Source: Candidatus Omnitrophota bacterium (lineage in GTDB: Bacteria; Omnitrophota; Gorgyraeia; Gygaellales; Profunditerraquicolaceae). Taken from it: DNA of 64,000 nt. The notes under the pieces are model-generated. The model was not told the DNA's origin, did no database searches, and was given only the letters and a program-made list of their open reading frames with translations. Position 1 is the stretch's first letter. The number at the start of each line of letters is the position of its first letter. The translations under genes were made by a program, and so were the position numbers. The DNA lies in NCBI GenBank assembly GCA_026387355.1, contig JAPLLW010000008.1:1016-65015 (forward strand), in the 5' to 3' direction. Below are positions 20,420 through 29,474 of the stretch, one piece after another.

Positions 20420-21845
20420 AAAAATCATTTTTATTATTCTTTTTGTTTTAGTTTTAACTCAAAGTGCATCTTTAGCCGAAGATTATTATAATCTAGCCGG
20501 ATGCATTCACGTAAATTCAAACGTCGGAAAAGGAAGATATTCGCTAGAAGAGATTATTGGTTTGGCTAGGTCTAATGGTATTCAGATAGTTATATTAGGA
20601 GATATACTTACTTCTAGGGTGGAGTACGGTATTTGGCCTTTGCGTAATATCTTAAAAGTCTTTGATGATAGCAGCTCTTTGTTAAATTACGGAGTAAGCA
20701 AATATTTAAATAAAATTAAAAGTTTTACTAATGATATATCGGATATTATTATAATGCCGGGAATAGAAGTGGCTCCTTTTTATTACTGGGCCGGTACTCT
20801 CCTTAAGAGGGATTTAGTTCTTCATGATCCTAGCAAGCATATGTTTATCGCTGGCTTAGATAAACCATCTGATTTATTGGGGATGCCTGTTATAGGTAAT
20901 CATAACGCAGGCAAATATGGTCTAATATCGATAATTCTAGCTTGGCCATTATTGGTTATGGGAATTGGCGTATATTTGTTTTTTAAAATACCCGTTAAAA
21001 AGGAAAGGAGAACGGTCGGCATTATCTTTTTATCTCTAGGGGTTATTTTCTTCATAAATAATTTTCCGTTTAAAAAGGCTATGTTCGATGCATATAGCAT
21101 AAAGAACCGGATTTTTTATTACCAGCAGCTGATAGATTATGTAAATAAAAAGGGGGGAGTTGTTTTTTGGCTCCAGCCTTGTGGGGAGTCAGGCGGTGTT
21201 TATAAGGGGGTTAAGTATGAGACATTGCCCTTTACGGAAGACCTGTTTTACACCCAAGGATATACCGGATTTTCCGTGTTTTACGAAGGAGAAGAAATGG
21301 TTAAGCCGATGGGCCCGTGGGATAAGCTATTACTTGAGTATTGTCTGGGCAAAAGAAATAGGCCTGTGTGGGCAATAGGCGATATGGATTACAGTTACGA
21401 GGAAGAAAACCATAAGAACTTCGGCGAGGTGCAGACGGTTTTTCTGGTAAAAGATAAAACCAAGGAAGCGGTAGTCAGGGCCCTTAAAAACGGGAATATG
21501 TATGCTTATTATTCCCGCGACCTGAAGAATCAATTGAGGCTGGATAAGTTTGAGGTCCGCGATAGGCTTACGGGGTCTTCTGCCATAATGGGCCAAGAGG
21601 TTTCTTGTTTTTCGCCTGCTGAAATAGCTATTAATATCTCAGGTCCTGAGGCTATTAGGGGGGGGTCTTCTTTAAGGCTTATTCGTAATGGTATGGTTAT
21701 CCAGGTCTTCCAGATAAAGAATTTACCCTTTAACACGGTTTTTATTGATGATTATTTCGTAAGCAGAGAGAAGTGTTATTACCGGTTGGAGGTAGAGGGG
21801 ATTGTGGCTAATCCTGTATTTGTTACTTTTAAAGACCTAAAATAA
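20412..21845 (+). CDS. exported PHP-like (CehA/McbA-like) protein with two internal TM helices, metal site possibly degenerate
   Basis: signal peptide, GCIHVNS, PGIEV, WDKLL, AIGDMD, ALKNG..Y, LIRNG, YYRLEV..NPVF; likely ATG at 20412. Confidence 0.55.
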   Translation: MLKKIIFIILFVLVLTQSASLAEDYYNLAGCIHVNSNVGKGRYSLEEIIGLARSNGIQIVILGDILTSRVEYGIWPLRNILKVFDDSSSLLNYGVSKYLNKIKSFTNDISDIIIMPGIEVAPFYYWAGTLLKRDLVLHDPSKHMFIAGLDKPSDLLGMPVIGNHNAGKYGLISIILAWPLLVMGIGVYLFFKIPVKKERRTVGIIFLSLGVIFFINNFPFKKAMFDAYSIKNRIFYYQQLIDYVNKKGGVVFWLQPCGESGGVYKGVKYETLPFTEDLFYTQGYTGFSVFYEGEEMVKPMGPWDKLLLEYCLGKRNRPVWAIGDMDYSYEEENHKNFGEVQTVFLVKDKTKEAVVRALKNGNMYAYYSRDLKNQLRLDKFEVRDRLTGSSAIMGQEVSCFSPAEIAINISGPEAIRGGSSLRLIRNGMVIQVFQIKNLPFNTVFIDDYFVSREKCYYRLEVEGIVANPVFVTFKDLK

Positions 21846-21850
21846 ACCTG

Positions 21851-21878
21851 TTGATTAAAAGAGGCGTTAATATATAAT
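21851..21878 (+). promoter_or_regulatory. sigma70-type promoter, probably leaderless for wbqC
   Basis: TTGATT-16-TATAAT ending 6 nt before ATG 21885; no SD. Confidence 0.55.
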
Positions 21879-21884
21879 AGTAAC

Positions 21885-22571
21885 ATGGTAGTTGCTGTCC
21901 ATCAGCCGAATTATTTGCCATGGCTAGGCTTTTTTCATAAAATAGATAAATGTGACACTTTTGTCTTTCTGGATAATGTCCAGTATGAGAAAAGAGAGTT
22001 TCAGAATAGAAATAAGATAAGAACCAAGGAAGATTTTCATTGGCTGACCGTGCCTGTGATTACAAAAGGCCTTTATACGCAAACTATAAGAGAGGTCTTG
22101 GTTGATAACACCCAGGAGTGGCAAAAGACGCATTGGGGGCTAATTTCAACGAATTACGGTAATTCCCCTTATTTTTCTGAGCATCGTAAATTCTTCTCAG
22201 AAGTCTATGCGCAAACATGGGTTAGATTGGTAGATTTAAACGTTTCGTGTATAAACTATATTTTAGATTACTTGGGTATTAAAAAGCCTGTGTGTTTTGA
22301 GTCCTCTATTGGTATTCAGTCTTTTCACACGCAGCGGATTATTGATATATGTAGAAAATTGAACGCGGATACATATTTATCCGGTCTCGGAGCTAAGGAG
22401 TATCTGGAAGAAGATAAGTTTAAAGAGGCAAGCATTAAGCTTGCCTATCAGGATTTTGTTCATCCCGAGTATAAGCAGGTCTATAGTCCGTTTATTCCGC
22501 AGATGTCTATAATTGACCTGATATTTAACTGCGGGAAGGAAGGCATAAATATCTTAAGGGGGCAAAAATGA
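21885..22571 (+). CDS. WbqC-like family protein
   Basis: HQPNYLPWLGFF.K...FV.LD.VQ....QNRN.I, YLSG.G, SIIDLIFN. Confidence 0.92.
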   Translation: MVVAVHQPNYLPWLGFFHKIDKCDTFVFLDNVQYEKREFQNRNKIRTKEDFHWLTVPVITKGLYTQTIREVLVDNTQEWQKTHWGLISTNYGNSPYFSEHRKFFSEVYAQTWVRLVDLNVSCINYILDYLGIKKPVCFESSIGIQSFHTQRIIDICRKLNADTYLSGLGAKEYLEEDKFKEASIKLAYQDFVHPEYKQVYSPFIPQMSIIDLIFNCGKEGINILRGQK

Positions 22572-23182
22572 ATATTTTAGCTATCGGCGCGCATCCCGAT
22601 GATATCGAATTCGGTTGTGGTGGCACTTTGATTAAATGTAAGAAGGCTGGGCATAAAATATATACTTTAGTGCTTAGCAAGGGCTCAATGGGTGGCAGTG
22701 CATTTATACGCCAGAGAGAGCAGAAGGCAGCTGCCCGTTTTTTGAACGTAGCAAAGATTTATTGGGGGAATTTTTCCGATACCAACATTATATTGAACCA
22801 AAAGTTAATCCGGGTAATAGAGGATGTAGTTAAGGAGACTAAGCCGGATATAGTATTTTTTAATTATTTTTCGGATACTCACCAGGATCATCGTGCTCTC
22901 GCCGAAGGAGCGATATCTGCCACTAGATACGTAAAAAAAGTCTTATTTTATGAGACTCCTACTGCGCAATGTTTTGATCCGGATGTGTTTATGGATATCA
23001 CGGATTGCCTGACTGAGAAATTGAAATTGCTTATGTTGCACTCATCGCAGACCCATAAAACTCGCGTGCCTAAGCTAACCATACTTGAATCCGCCACCTC
23101 TTGCGCTAATTTCCGGGGATTCCAGGCACGGGTTAAATATGCCGAAGGCTTTAAATCTTTAAGGATGATGTTAGAAATATGA
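22568..23182 (+). CDS. PIG-L/LmbE family deacetylase
   Basis: AHPDDIE.G.GG, HQDH, H.SQ, YAEGF. Confidence 0.9.
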   Translation: MNILAIGAHPDDIEFGCGGTLIKCKKAGHKIYTLVLSKGSMGGSAFIRQREQKAAARFLNVAKIYWGNFSDTNIILNQKLIRVIEDVVKETKPDIVFFNYFSDTHQDHRALAEGAISATRYVKKVLFYETPTAQCFDPDVFMDITDCLTEKLKLLMLHSSQTHKTRVPKLTILESATSCANFRGFQARVKYAEGFKSLRMMLEI

Positions 23183-24216
23183 ACCTGATAATCGTTTTGC
23201 TAGCTGCCTTACTTATTACCATTTTATTAACTCCGCTTTGTCGAGGTGTTGCGATATCCTTGCGTATCGTAGATTATCCCAATGAAAGAAAAGTGCATCG
23301 TGTACCTACCCCATTATTGGGCGGTGTCTCTATTTTTATATCATTTGTTTTAATTCTTGCTTTTACGGGCCTTTTGAAAAATAAGGCAGTTCTCAGTATT
23401 ATTGCAGGGGCTACAATTATATCGGTTTTTGCTGTTTATGATGACGCCAAAAGAATAACCGCCGCCTCAAGGCTTCTTTCCCAGATTGTTGCCTCTTTCG
23501 TAATTATCAGATCAGGTATCGTTTTTACTTTTATGCCAAATACCGCATGGGGAAAGATTATCGAGATTATTCTCACCGTGATTTGGATCTTAGGGATTAC
23601 CAATGGTTTAAATTATCTGGATGGTTTGGATTGTTTGGCTGGAGGCCTGGTGGTTGTGAGCAGTTTTGGGTTTTTAGGCGTCGCCCTGCTTACCAATCAG
23701 TCTGTATTACAAATCTGTGCCGTAGCATTGGCGGGTGCGACCATAGGGTTCCTGCCGTTTAATTGCAAAAAAAGGATATTCCTAGGTGATATGAGCAGCA
23801 CTTTGGGCTTTATCCTTGCTGCCGTTGCTATTATGGGAACTTGGGCAGAGTATAGCCTAATCGATTTGACTATTCCTATACTTATCTTAGGTATTCCCGT
23901 ATTCGATATGATTTTTACTACTATCAGCCGTATTTATACCGGTAAGATTAAGTCCGCAGTACAATGGATGGAGTATGCCGGATTGGATCACTTCCACCAT
24001 CGTTTACTGAACTTAGGACTCAGCCCTGATTCAGTGGTTGTTTTTATCTGGGCAACGAACGTTGTATTATGCGCAAGCGCCCTGGTTCTTTGGGGGACGA
24101 GGAACTATCATTCAGTATTAATGCCGCTTTTGCTCGTTTTCCAGGCGGTGATAGTTTTTATTTTGATTAGCGTTTTGATGGTTTTCGGTAAACATAAGAA
24201 AATTAAGATTAAATAA
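23179..24216 (+). CDS. wecA: WecA/MraY-family undecaprenyl-phosphate GlcNAc-1-P transferase
   Basis: D.P..RKVH..PTPLLGG, YDD, N..DGLD.LA, IFLGD, H.HH.L. Confidence 0.85.
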   Translation: MNLIIVLLAALLITILLTPLCRGVAISLRIVDYPNERKVHRVPTPLLGGVSIFISFVLILAFTGLLKNKAVLSIIAGATIISVFAVYDDAKRITAASRLLSQIVASFVIIRSGIVFTFMPNTAWGKIIEIILTVIWILGITNGLNYLDGLDCLAGGLVVVSSFGFLGVALLTNQSVLQICAVALAGATIGFLPFNCKKRIFLGDMSSTLGFILAAVAIMGTWAEYSLIDLTIPILILGIPVFDMIFTTISRIYTGKIKSAVQWMEYAGLDHFHHRLLNLGLSPDSVVVFIWATNVVLCASALVLWGTRNYHSVLMPLLLVFQAVIVFILISVLMVFGKHKKIKIK

Positions 24217-24224
24217 AGACAGAT

Positions 24225-25046
24225 ATGTATGAACGATATTGGCAGTTAAAAGAAAAGCCTTTTGAAAATACCCCTAACCCGCACTTCGCATATTATTCTC
24301 CAAAACACGAAGAGGCTTTAATGCGCATGCTCTATGCTATAAATGAGCATAAAGGTTTTGCCGTGCTTACCGGAGACTACGGTAGCGGGAAAACCTTATT
24401 GAGTAGGCTATTGCTTCAGGAGCTAAGTAAAGATGAGAAGAGGTGTAATGTTGCTTTGATAGTTAATCCACTGCTTTCAGCCATAGAGTTCTTAAGAGAG
24501 ATTATTTATCAGCTTGACGGTAGCGACCACAAAGAAGATAAGCTTACTCTTTTACATATGCTTAATGACTACCTCTACCAGGGCCTGAAAAATAAGAAGG
24601 AGACAGTAGTTATCGTTGACGAAGCGCAGCTAATCCCTGAGAGCTTGTTTGACGAATTAAGGTTACTGCTCAATTTTCAGTTAGATGACAGGTATCTTTT
24701 GAGCCTTATCTTTATAGGACAGCCAGAACTTATCAATATTATAAAAAAAGTAAAACAATTAGAACAGCGTATTGCTGTTAGATATCATTTAACCGGGCTT
24801 GAAGAGGCAGAGGTTAAGAGCTATATAGCGCATCGTTTGCAGGTCGCAGGATGTGAAAAACAGATTTTTGAGGATGACGTTTGTAAAACTATCTATAACC
24901 GTACTGCGGGTATACCTAGAAAAATAAATATGATTTGCGATATGAGCTTAATGATTGGCATGATTAAGAAGAGTGCTATAATTAATAATGAGATAGTTTT
25001 GGAAGTGATCGCGGATTATAATGATCAATTTAGAAACGATATTTAG
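24225..25046 (+). CDS. ExeA/GspA-like AAA ATPase
   Basis: MY..YW.L..KPF, GDYGSGKT, VDEAQ, GQPEL, GIPRKIN.ICD. Confidence 0.88.
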   Translation: MYERYWQLKEKPFENTPNPHFAYYSPKHEEALMRMLYAINEHKGFAVLTGDYGSGKTLLSRLLLQELSKDEKRCNVALIVNPLLSAIEFLREIIYQLDGSDHKEDKLTLLHMLNDYLYQGLKNKKETVVIVDEAQLIPESLFDELRLLLNFQLDDRYLLSLIFIGQPELINIIKKVKQLEQRIAVRYHLTGLEEAEVKSYIAHRLQVAGCEKQIFEDDVCKTIYNRTAGIPRKINMICDMSLMIGMIKKSAIINNEIVLEVIADYNDQFRNDI

Positions 25047-25055
25047 GGGTAATAT

Positions 25056-26123
25056 ATGGTAAGACTTGCTGATTTAATAAAGCAAAAGATGGAGGAGGCT
25101 CGTAAGGCTGGCGAGTATCCGGATAAGCCACAGGAGAAGCTTAAAAATAAGGCCGAGTTAGCTAAGGCAATCTGCGAAATAAATAAAGCTAAGTCGGAGG
25201 AGTCCTGCGCTTATTATGAGGATGTACGCAAGCTAATTAAGGAAGCATTTTTTCAGCTTAGTAAAGATAGCAATTTTGAGCTTGCGTCTATCAAGGATAT
25301 TGTTAGCAAGGTAGTCGACCAGCTGGTTATCGATGGATCAAAATTATTGAAATTAGCTATCTCTAAGCCTGCGCCCGAAGATTATATCATATGCCATTCT
25401 GTCAATGTTTGTATTTTCTCCATAGAAATTGGTTTGTCGATGAAATACAATAAATCAGACCTCAACACAATAGGATTGGGCGCTTTATTGCATGATATAG
25501 GCCTGGCTAAGATGACCAGTATTTTTCTAACCGACCCCACAAAATTATCTTCAACCGATGTGAATCTGTTGAAGTCTCATCCTCTGGTCGGGTTTGAGAT
25601 AGCGGGCAAATATGTGGATATCGCAGAGGACGCAAAGAAAATAATTGCTCAGCATCATGAAAGATATAATGGCTCAGGTTATCCGCAAGCTCTTAAAGGA
25701 GACGCTATAAGCAAATTTAGCCAGATCGTGGGGTTAGCTAATTTATTTGAGTCGAAGACCCATCCGCGTCCAGGAAGAAAGAAGATGGTCCCCTATGAAT
25801 TTATGAAGGAGCTATTCACTCACGAAGAGAATCTGTTTGCTACGGATATTATTAAGGCTATGGTTAAAAGGTTTGGTATTTATCCTATCAGCAGCTGGGT
25901 TATGTTAAACAGTAACCAGATCTGCCAGGTTTGCGACGTTAATGAGAACTTCCCCTTAAGGCCTATAGTAAATGTGCTATTTGACGCTGAAGGCAAAAGG
26001 TTGTCGCAGCCTAAGATATTAAACCTGGCTGAGCAGAAGAGTGGTGTCCATATAAAAGAGGCTTTTGGCGAAACAGATCTTATTATCGGCGAAAAAGACA
26101 TAAAAAAGAGGGAGGTGAGGTAG
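25056..26123 (+). CDS. HD-GYP domain protein
   Basis: HS.NV, LLHDIG, HP..G, QHHERYNGSGYP; usual ADxxDA appears as ANLFES. Confidence 0.85.
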   Translation: MVRLADLIKQKMEEARKAGEYPDKPQEKLKNKAELAKAICEINKAKSEESCAYYEDVRKLIKEAFFQLSKDSNFELASIKDIVSKVVDQLVIDGSKLLKLAISKPAPEDYIICHSVNVCIFSIEIGLSMKYNKSDLNTIGLGALLHDIGLAKMTSIFLTDPTKLSSTDVNLLKSHPLVGFEIAGKYVDIAEDAKKIIAQHHERYNGSGYPQALKGDAISKFSQIVGLANLFESKTHPRPGRKKMVPYEFMKELFTHEENLFATDIIKAMVKRFGIYPISSWVMLNSNQICQVCDVNENFPLRPIVNVLFDAEGKRLSQPKILNLAEQKSGVHIKEAFGETDLIIGEKDIKKREVR

Positions 26124-26125
26124 AT

Positions 26126-26308
26126 ATGAAGATTCTTATGAAAGGGCTTTTATTTTTAGCGACCATATCCGTGTTTGTTGGTATGGTTTCCCGGGTTACT
26201 TTGAAACCGATTTTTTCTATCGAAGCGAATGCTTTTTTGCGTTTCGCCGCTCTTTGCATTCTTTTTGTTATTGGTTTGGCGGCATTAAAATTAGCTGAGA
26301 AACAATAA
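26126..26308 (+). CDS. small two-TM membrane protein
   Basis: GGAGGTGAGG RBS; two hydrophobic segments. Confidence 0.65.
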   Translation: MKILMKGLLFLATISVFVGMVSRVTLKPIFSIEANAFLRFAALCILFVIGLAALKLAEKQ

Positions 26309-26370
26309 CAGTTAATAAAACTTTAGAAATCCAGGACATCGTTTTTTTTGCTATAAAGGAACCTAAGAAT

Positions 26371-26715
26371 ATGATAAAGGATAGATTCGAAGAAAAAAGA
26401 AAATATCCGCGCGTTAACAAGGATGCTTACATTGATTATTCTTTTAAGACTCCTAAGGGTCAGGTTAACGAAGGGTTACGTTTAAGCGTAAATATAAGCG
26501 CCGGCGGACTGATGTTTGTGACTTCTAGATGCTTAAAGAAAGGAATAAAATTAAAGTTAAATATTAATATCGGGAGCGTTTCAAAGCCGATTAAGGCTTT
26601 TGCTAAGGTGGCTTGGGTTAAAAGGCGTGAAGACGGGGAATATGCCGTCGGAGTTGTTTTTTATCGTATCAGTGAGGCAGGCAGAAAGAAAATACTTCTT
26701 TATTCTTTATTCTAA
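26371..26715 (+). CDS. PilZ-domain protein
   Basis: EKRKYPR and NISAGG motifs. Confidence 0.88.
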   Translation: MIKDRFEEKRKYPRVNKDAYIDYSFKTPKGQVNEGLRLSVNISAGGLMFVTSRCLKKGIKLKLNINIGSVSKPIKAFAKVAWVKRREDGEYAVGVVFYRISEAGRKKILLYSLF

Positions 26716-26729
26716 AGTTCTCGCCGTTA

Positions 26730-28763
26730 TTATCTGGGATTTTCTTCTTCGGAATAGTATTGTTTATACTGGTAATATTTGTAATAATAGTCGGAATCCG
26801 TTCGGAATAGGCTGGAGATATCATTTAGAACAATTCCCGTAACATTTGCCTTCAAGGTCACAAACTCTTCCTTTGTGCGTATTAAGACCTGGCGGGATAT
26901 TTTTCCGAGCTTATGCACTAATAATACCGAGTCTACTTTAGGAGCTAAAACTAAAGCGTCTGCTAGAGGCAAAGCAGGAGGGGTGTCTAGGATTATAACC
27001 TCAAAATTGGCGCTTAAATCTTTCAATAAATTATCCATTTCCTCAGAACTTAATAATTCGGTAGAGTTCGGTGTTCTTGACCCGGAAGTGATGATGCTTA
27101 AGTTGTCTAGCCCTGTAGTTTTTAAGGCTTGATCCCAATCAGCCTCCATCAGGATGTCGACTAGATTTCTGGCTGTTTCTTCCCATGGCGCAGAAGCGGT
27201 TAAAATTTCCGTAAGCCCAGGGTAACTTTTCTTGAAACCAAAGGCTTTATGTATAGAAGGTTTTCTTAGGTCTGCATCAATAAGCATAACTTTATGCCCC
27301 ATTTGAGCAATAATGATGGCAAGATTTATGCTGGTCATGCTTTTACCTTCCATGGGGCTGGAGCTAGAAACAAGAATTTTTTTACCCAGTTCTTTATCGA
27401 TCCCGAGTTTCTGAAATAAATTTGCTTGAAGCATGCGGAAGGCTTCTTTTACTATAGATTTCTCTTCATAATTAATAAGCAATCTCTTGGTGGCCTGCAC
27501 AGGGTTCGCTGTTCTTTCTTTTCTGAGTATGTAATGCCGCAGGTTTTCTAATAAAGTTTCCTTAAAAGATTTCTTTTTTTCATCGGGCAATTCGAAATAC
27601 GGTATGAGCCCGATTACCTGTATCCCGGTAACTTTTTCCACCTCTTCTATGGTTCTTACCGAAAAGTCAAGTTGTTCGAAGATGAAGGCAGCAATAATAC
27701 CGGCAAGTGCTCCTGTGAGAAGGCCAAAGATTATTATCAAGGGTAAGTTAATGTTGATAGGGGTGCGAGATTCTACCGCCCGGTCCACGATAGTGACCGA
27801 TTGCGCCTTTTTGCTCTCCTCATTAATCCGGGCATCATCAAGTTTGCTTTTTAGAAGGGTGTAGAGTTTCTCATCGTTAGTAATTTCTCTTTTTAGGCGC
27901 ATCTCCTCTAGTTGTAGATTAGGAGGAATCTCGATAGTAGAAATGACCTCGGAATCCTGAATATCGTCTTTTTTCTGGAAGGTCTCCAACTGCTTCTTTA
28001 AAGACTCGTTTTCGCTTTTTATTGCGATTACATTTGGGTGGGATTCTGTATAAACTGTCAGCAGTTCCCGTAATTTATCTTCATTGCTTGTGAGTTTATT
28101 TTTTAAGGATAGATAGGGAAGGTTCGCCTGTTGTCTTTTTTTGATTTCGATAAGCTGTTCCCGCTTATATTTGTCAATCCCCTCGTTATGTTTCTTTAAT
28201 GCCTCCTCTGAAGCGGCTAGCCTTTTTGAGATCTCTGCCAGGCGTCCTTCTATGAAATTTACTACCATAGCCGCCTGTCTGGATATTTCATTTTTTGCCT
28301 CTGTAACATAGACTTCGGCGATTTTATTAGCAATATCCTTTGCTTTCTTGGGATCAGTATTTTTTACAGTGATCTTAACCACGTTGCTTTCCGGTAAGGC
28401 CTCTGCGGAAATATTGCTCACTAAAGAGCCGACGATTGCGTTAATGCTGTTTTGATCGGAATCTTGAGGTATAAGATTTAATTCTCTGGCTACTTTTTCA
28501 ATAAGTTGTCTGCTTGTGATAATCGTTGCTTGAGAATTAAGTAAATCTGCGGCCGGCTGTTTAGAAAGGCCCGGCATATTGATGTCAGCATTGGAAAACT
28601 CGATGACTATTTTTACGGTTGTGCTTGCTTGGAAGATGGGGGTGCGGGTATTGCCGTAGATGATATTTATCAGAAAGACAACCAGAAAGACGGAGAGGAT
28701 TACCGTTTTTCTTTTACGAAAGATCCGGATATAATCTCTGAGGTTTAATTCGTATTCAGGCAT
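26730..28763 (-). CDS. wzc: second Wzc/GumC polysaccharide co-polymerase / BY kinase
   Basis: ELNLRDY start, YTESHP, SSSPMEGKS, DADLRKP, ILDTPP, Tyr cluster YYYKYYQYKQYY; ATG at 28763. Confidence 0.9.
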   Translation of the reverse strand: MPEYELNLRDYIRIFRKRKTVILSVFLVVFLINIIYGNTRTPIFQASTTVKIVIEFSNADINMPGLSKQPAADLLNSQATIITSRQLIEKVARELNLIPQDSDQNSINAIVGSLVSNISAEALPESNVVKITVKNTDPKKAKDIANKIAEVYVTEAKNEISRQAAMVVNFIEGRLAEISKRLAASEEALKKHNEGIDKYKREQLIEIKKRQQANLPYLSLKNKLTSNEDKLRELLTVYTESHPNVIAIKSENESLKKQLETFQKKDDIQDSEVISTIEIPPNLQLEEMRLKREITNDEKLYTLLKSKLDDARINEESKKAQSVTIVDRAVESRTPININLPLIIIFGLLTGALAGIIAAFIFEQLDFSVRTIEEVEKVTGIQVIGLIPYFELPDEKKKSFKETLLENLRHYILRKERTANPVQATKRLLINYEEKSIVKEAFRMLQANLFQKLGIDKELGKKILVSSSSPMEGKSMTSINLAIIIAQMGHKVMLIDADLRKPSIHKAFGFKKSYPGLTEILTASAPWEETARNLVDILMEADWDQALKTTGLDNLSIITSGSRTPNSTELLSSEEMDNLLKDLSANFEVIILDTPPALPLADALVLAPKVDSVLLVHKLGKISRQVLIRTKEEFVTLKANVTGIVLNDISSLFRTDSDYYYKYYQYKQYYSEEENPR

Positions 28764-28770
28764 AGTTTTC

Positions 28771-28808
28771 TTGCTTTTTACTATATCATAGTATAAAATT
28801 AATGTCAA
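28771..28808. promoter_or_regulatory. overlapping divergent sigma70-type promoters for wzc-2 and the TPR gene
   Basis: minus strand TTGACA-17-TATAGT; plus strand TTGCTT-17-TAAAAT; both in the 58-bp gap. Confidence 0.5.
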
Positions 28809-28821
28809 GGAGCCCCACATT

Positions 28822-29418
28822 ATGAGAATAATGAGTTTATTTTTGGTTTTTCTTCTGGTTTTCTTTTGCTACGGGGCAAGTTTTGCTCAGGATCCAGTTG
28901 CTAAACAATATTTTGACGAAGGTCAGATGCATCTTGAAGCGGGTAACTATAATCAGGCGATTGAAAGTTTCCGGATGGCAGTATCCCTGGAAGATGATTA
29001 TACTGATGCTTATATTGAAATGGGTGTTGCCTATAAAGAAAAGGGTGATTTTGATAAGGCAATAATATATTTGGAGAAAGCTATTTCTATAGTAGGTAAT
29101 GTTTTTGAACCAGCCTATCTTTCTGATGCCTTCACTAATCTAGGCGTAATTTATTTAAAGAAAGGCAATTTTGACCGGGCTTTTAAGTATTTAAAGCAGG
29201 CGGTTTTCATAAATCCAAGTTCAAGTCTTACCTATAATAATTTGGGCCTGTTTTATCTAGCAAAAGGATCTTTTGATGAGGCTATAGATAATTTTTATAA
29301 AGCCATTTCTTTGAATCCGGATCCTTCCAATGAGGCAAATCGTAATTTAGCTATCGCTTACGAAGAAAAGAAGAATGCCTTAGAAGGTAAGCCAGCGCAG
29401 GCACATTTAAACAAATAG
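28822..29418 (+). CDS. secreted TPR-repeat protein
   Basis: signal peptide; about 4 TPRs (AY..LG..Y...G.FD.A...L.KA). Confidence 0.88.
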   Translation: MRIMSLFLVFLLVFFCYGASFAQDPVAKQYFDEGQMHLEAGNYNQAIESFRMAVSLEDDYTDAYIEMGVAYKEKGDFDKAIIYLEKAISIVGNVFEPAYLSDAFTNLGVIYLKKGNFDRAFKYLKQAVFINPSSSLTYNNLGLFYLAKGSFDEAIDNFYKAISLNPDPSNEANRNLAIAYEEKKNALEGKPAQAHLNK

Positions 29419-29439
29419 CCCGATTGCTATCTAAAAAAG

Positions 29440-29467
29440 TTGATTTTTAAATGAGGTGTGCTATAAT
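29440..29467 (+). promoter_or_regulatory. extended -10 sigma70 promoter, probably leaderless for wza
   Basis: TTGATT-16-(TGC)TATAAT ending 7 nt before ATG 29475. Confidence 0.55.
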
Positions 29468-29474
29468 AAAAACA

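Noticed and set aside
24225-25046. type II secretion system or PEP-CTERM/exosortase system
   Set aside because: only the ExeA-like ATPase is present; no gsp, exosortase or PEP-CTERM genes in the window
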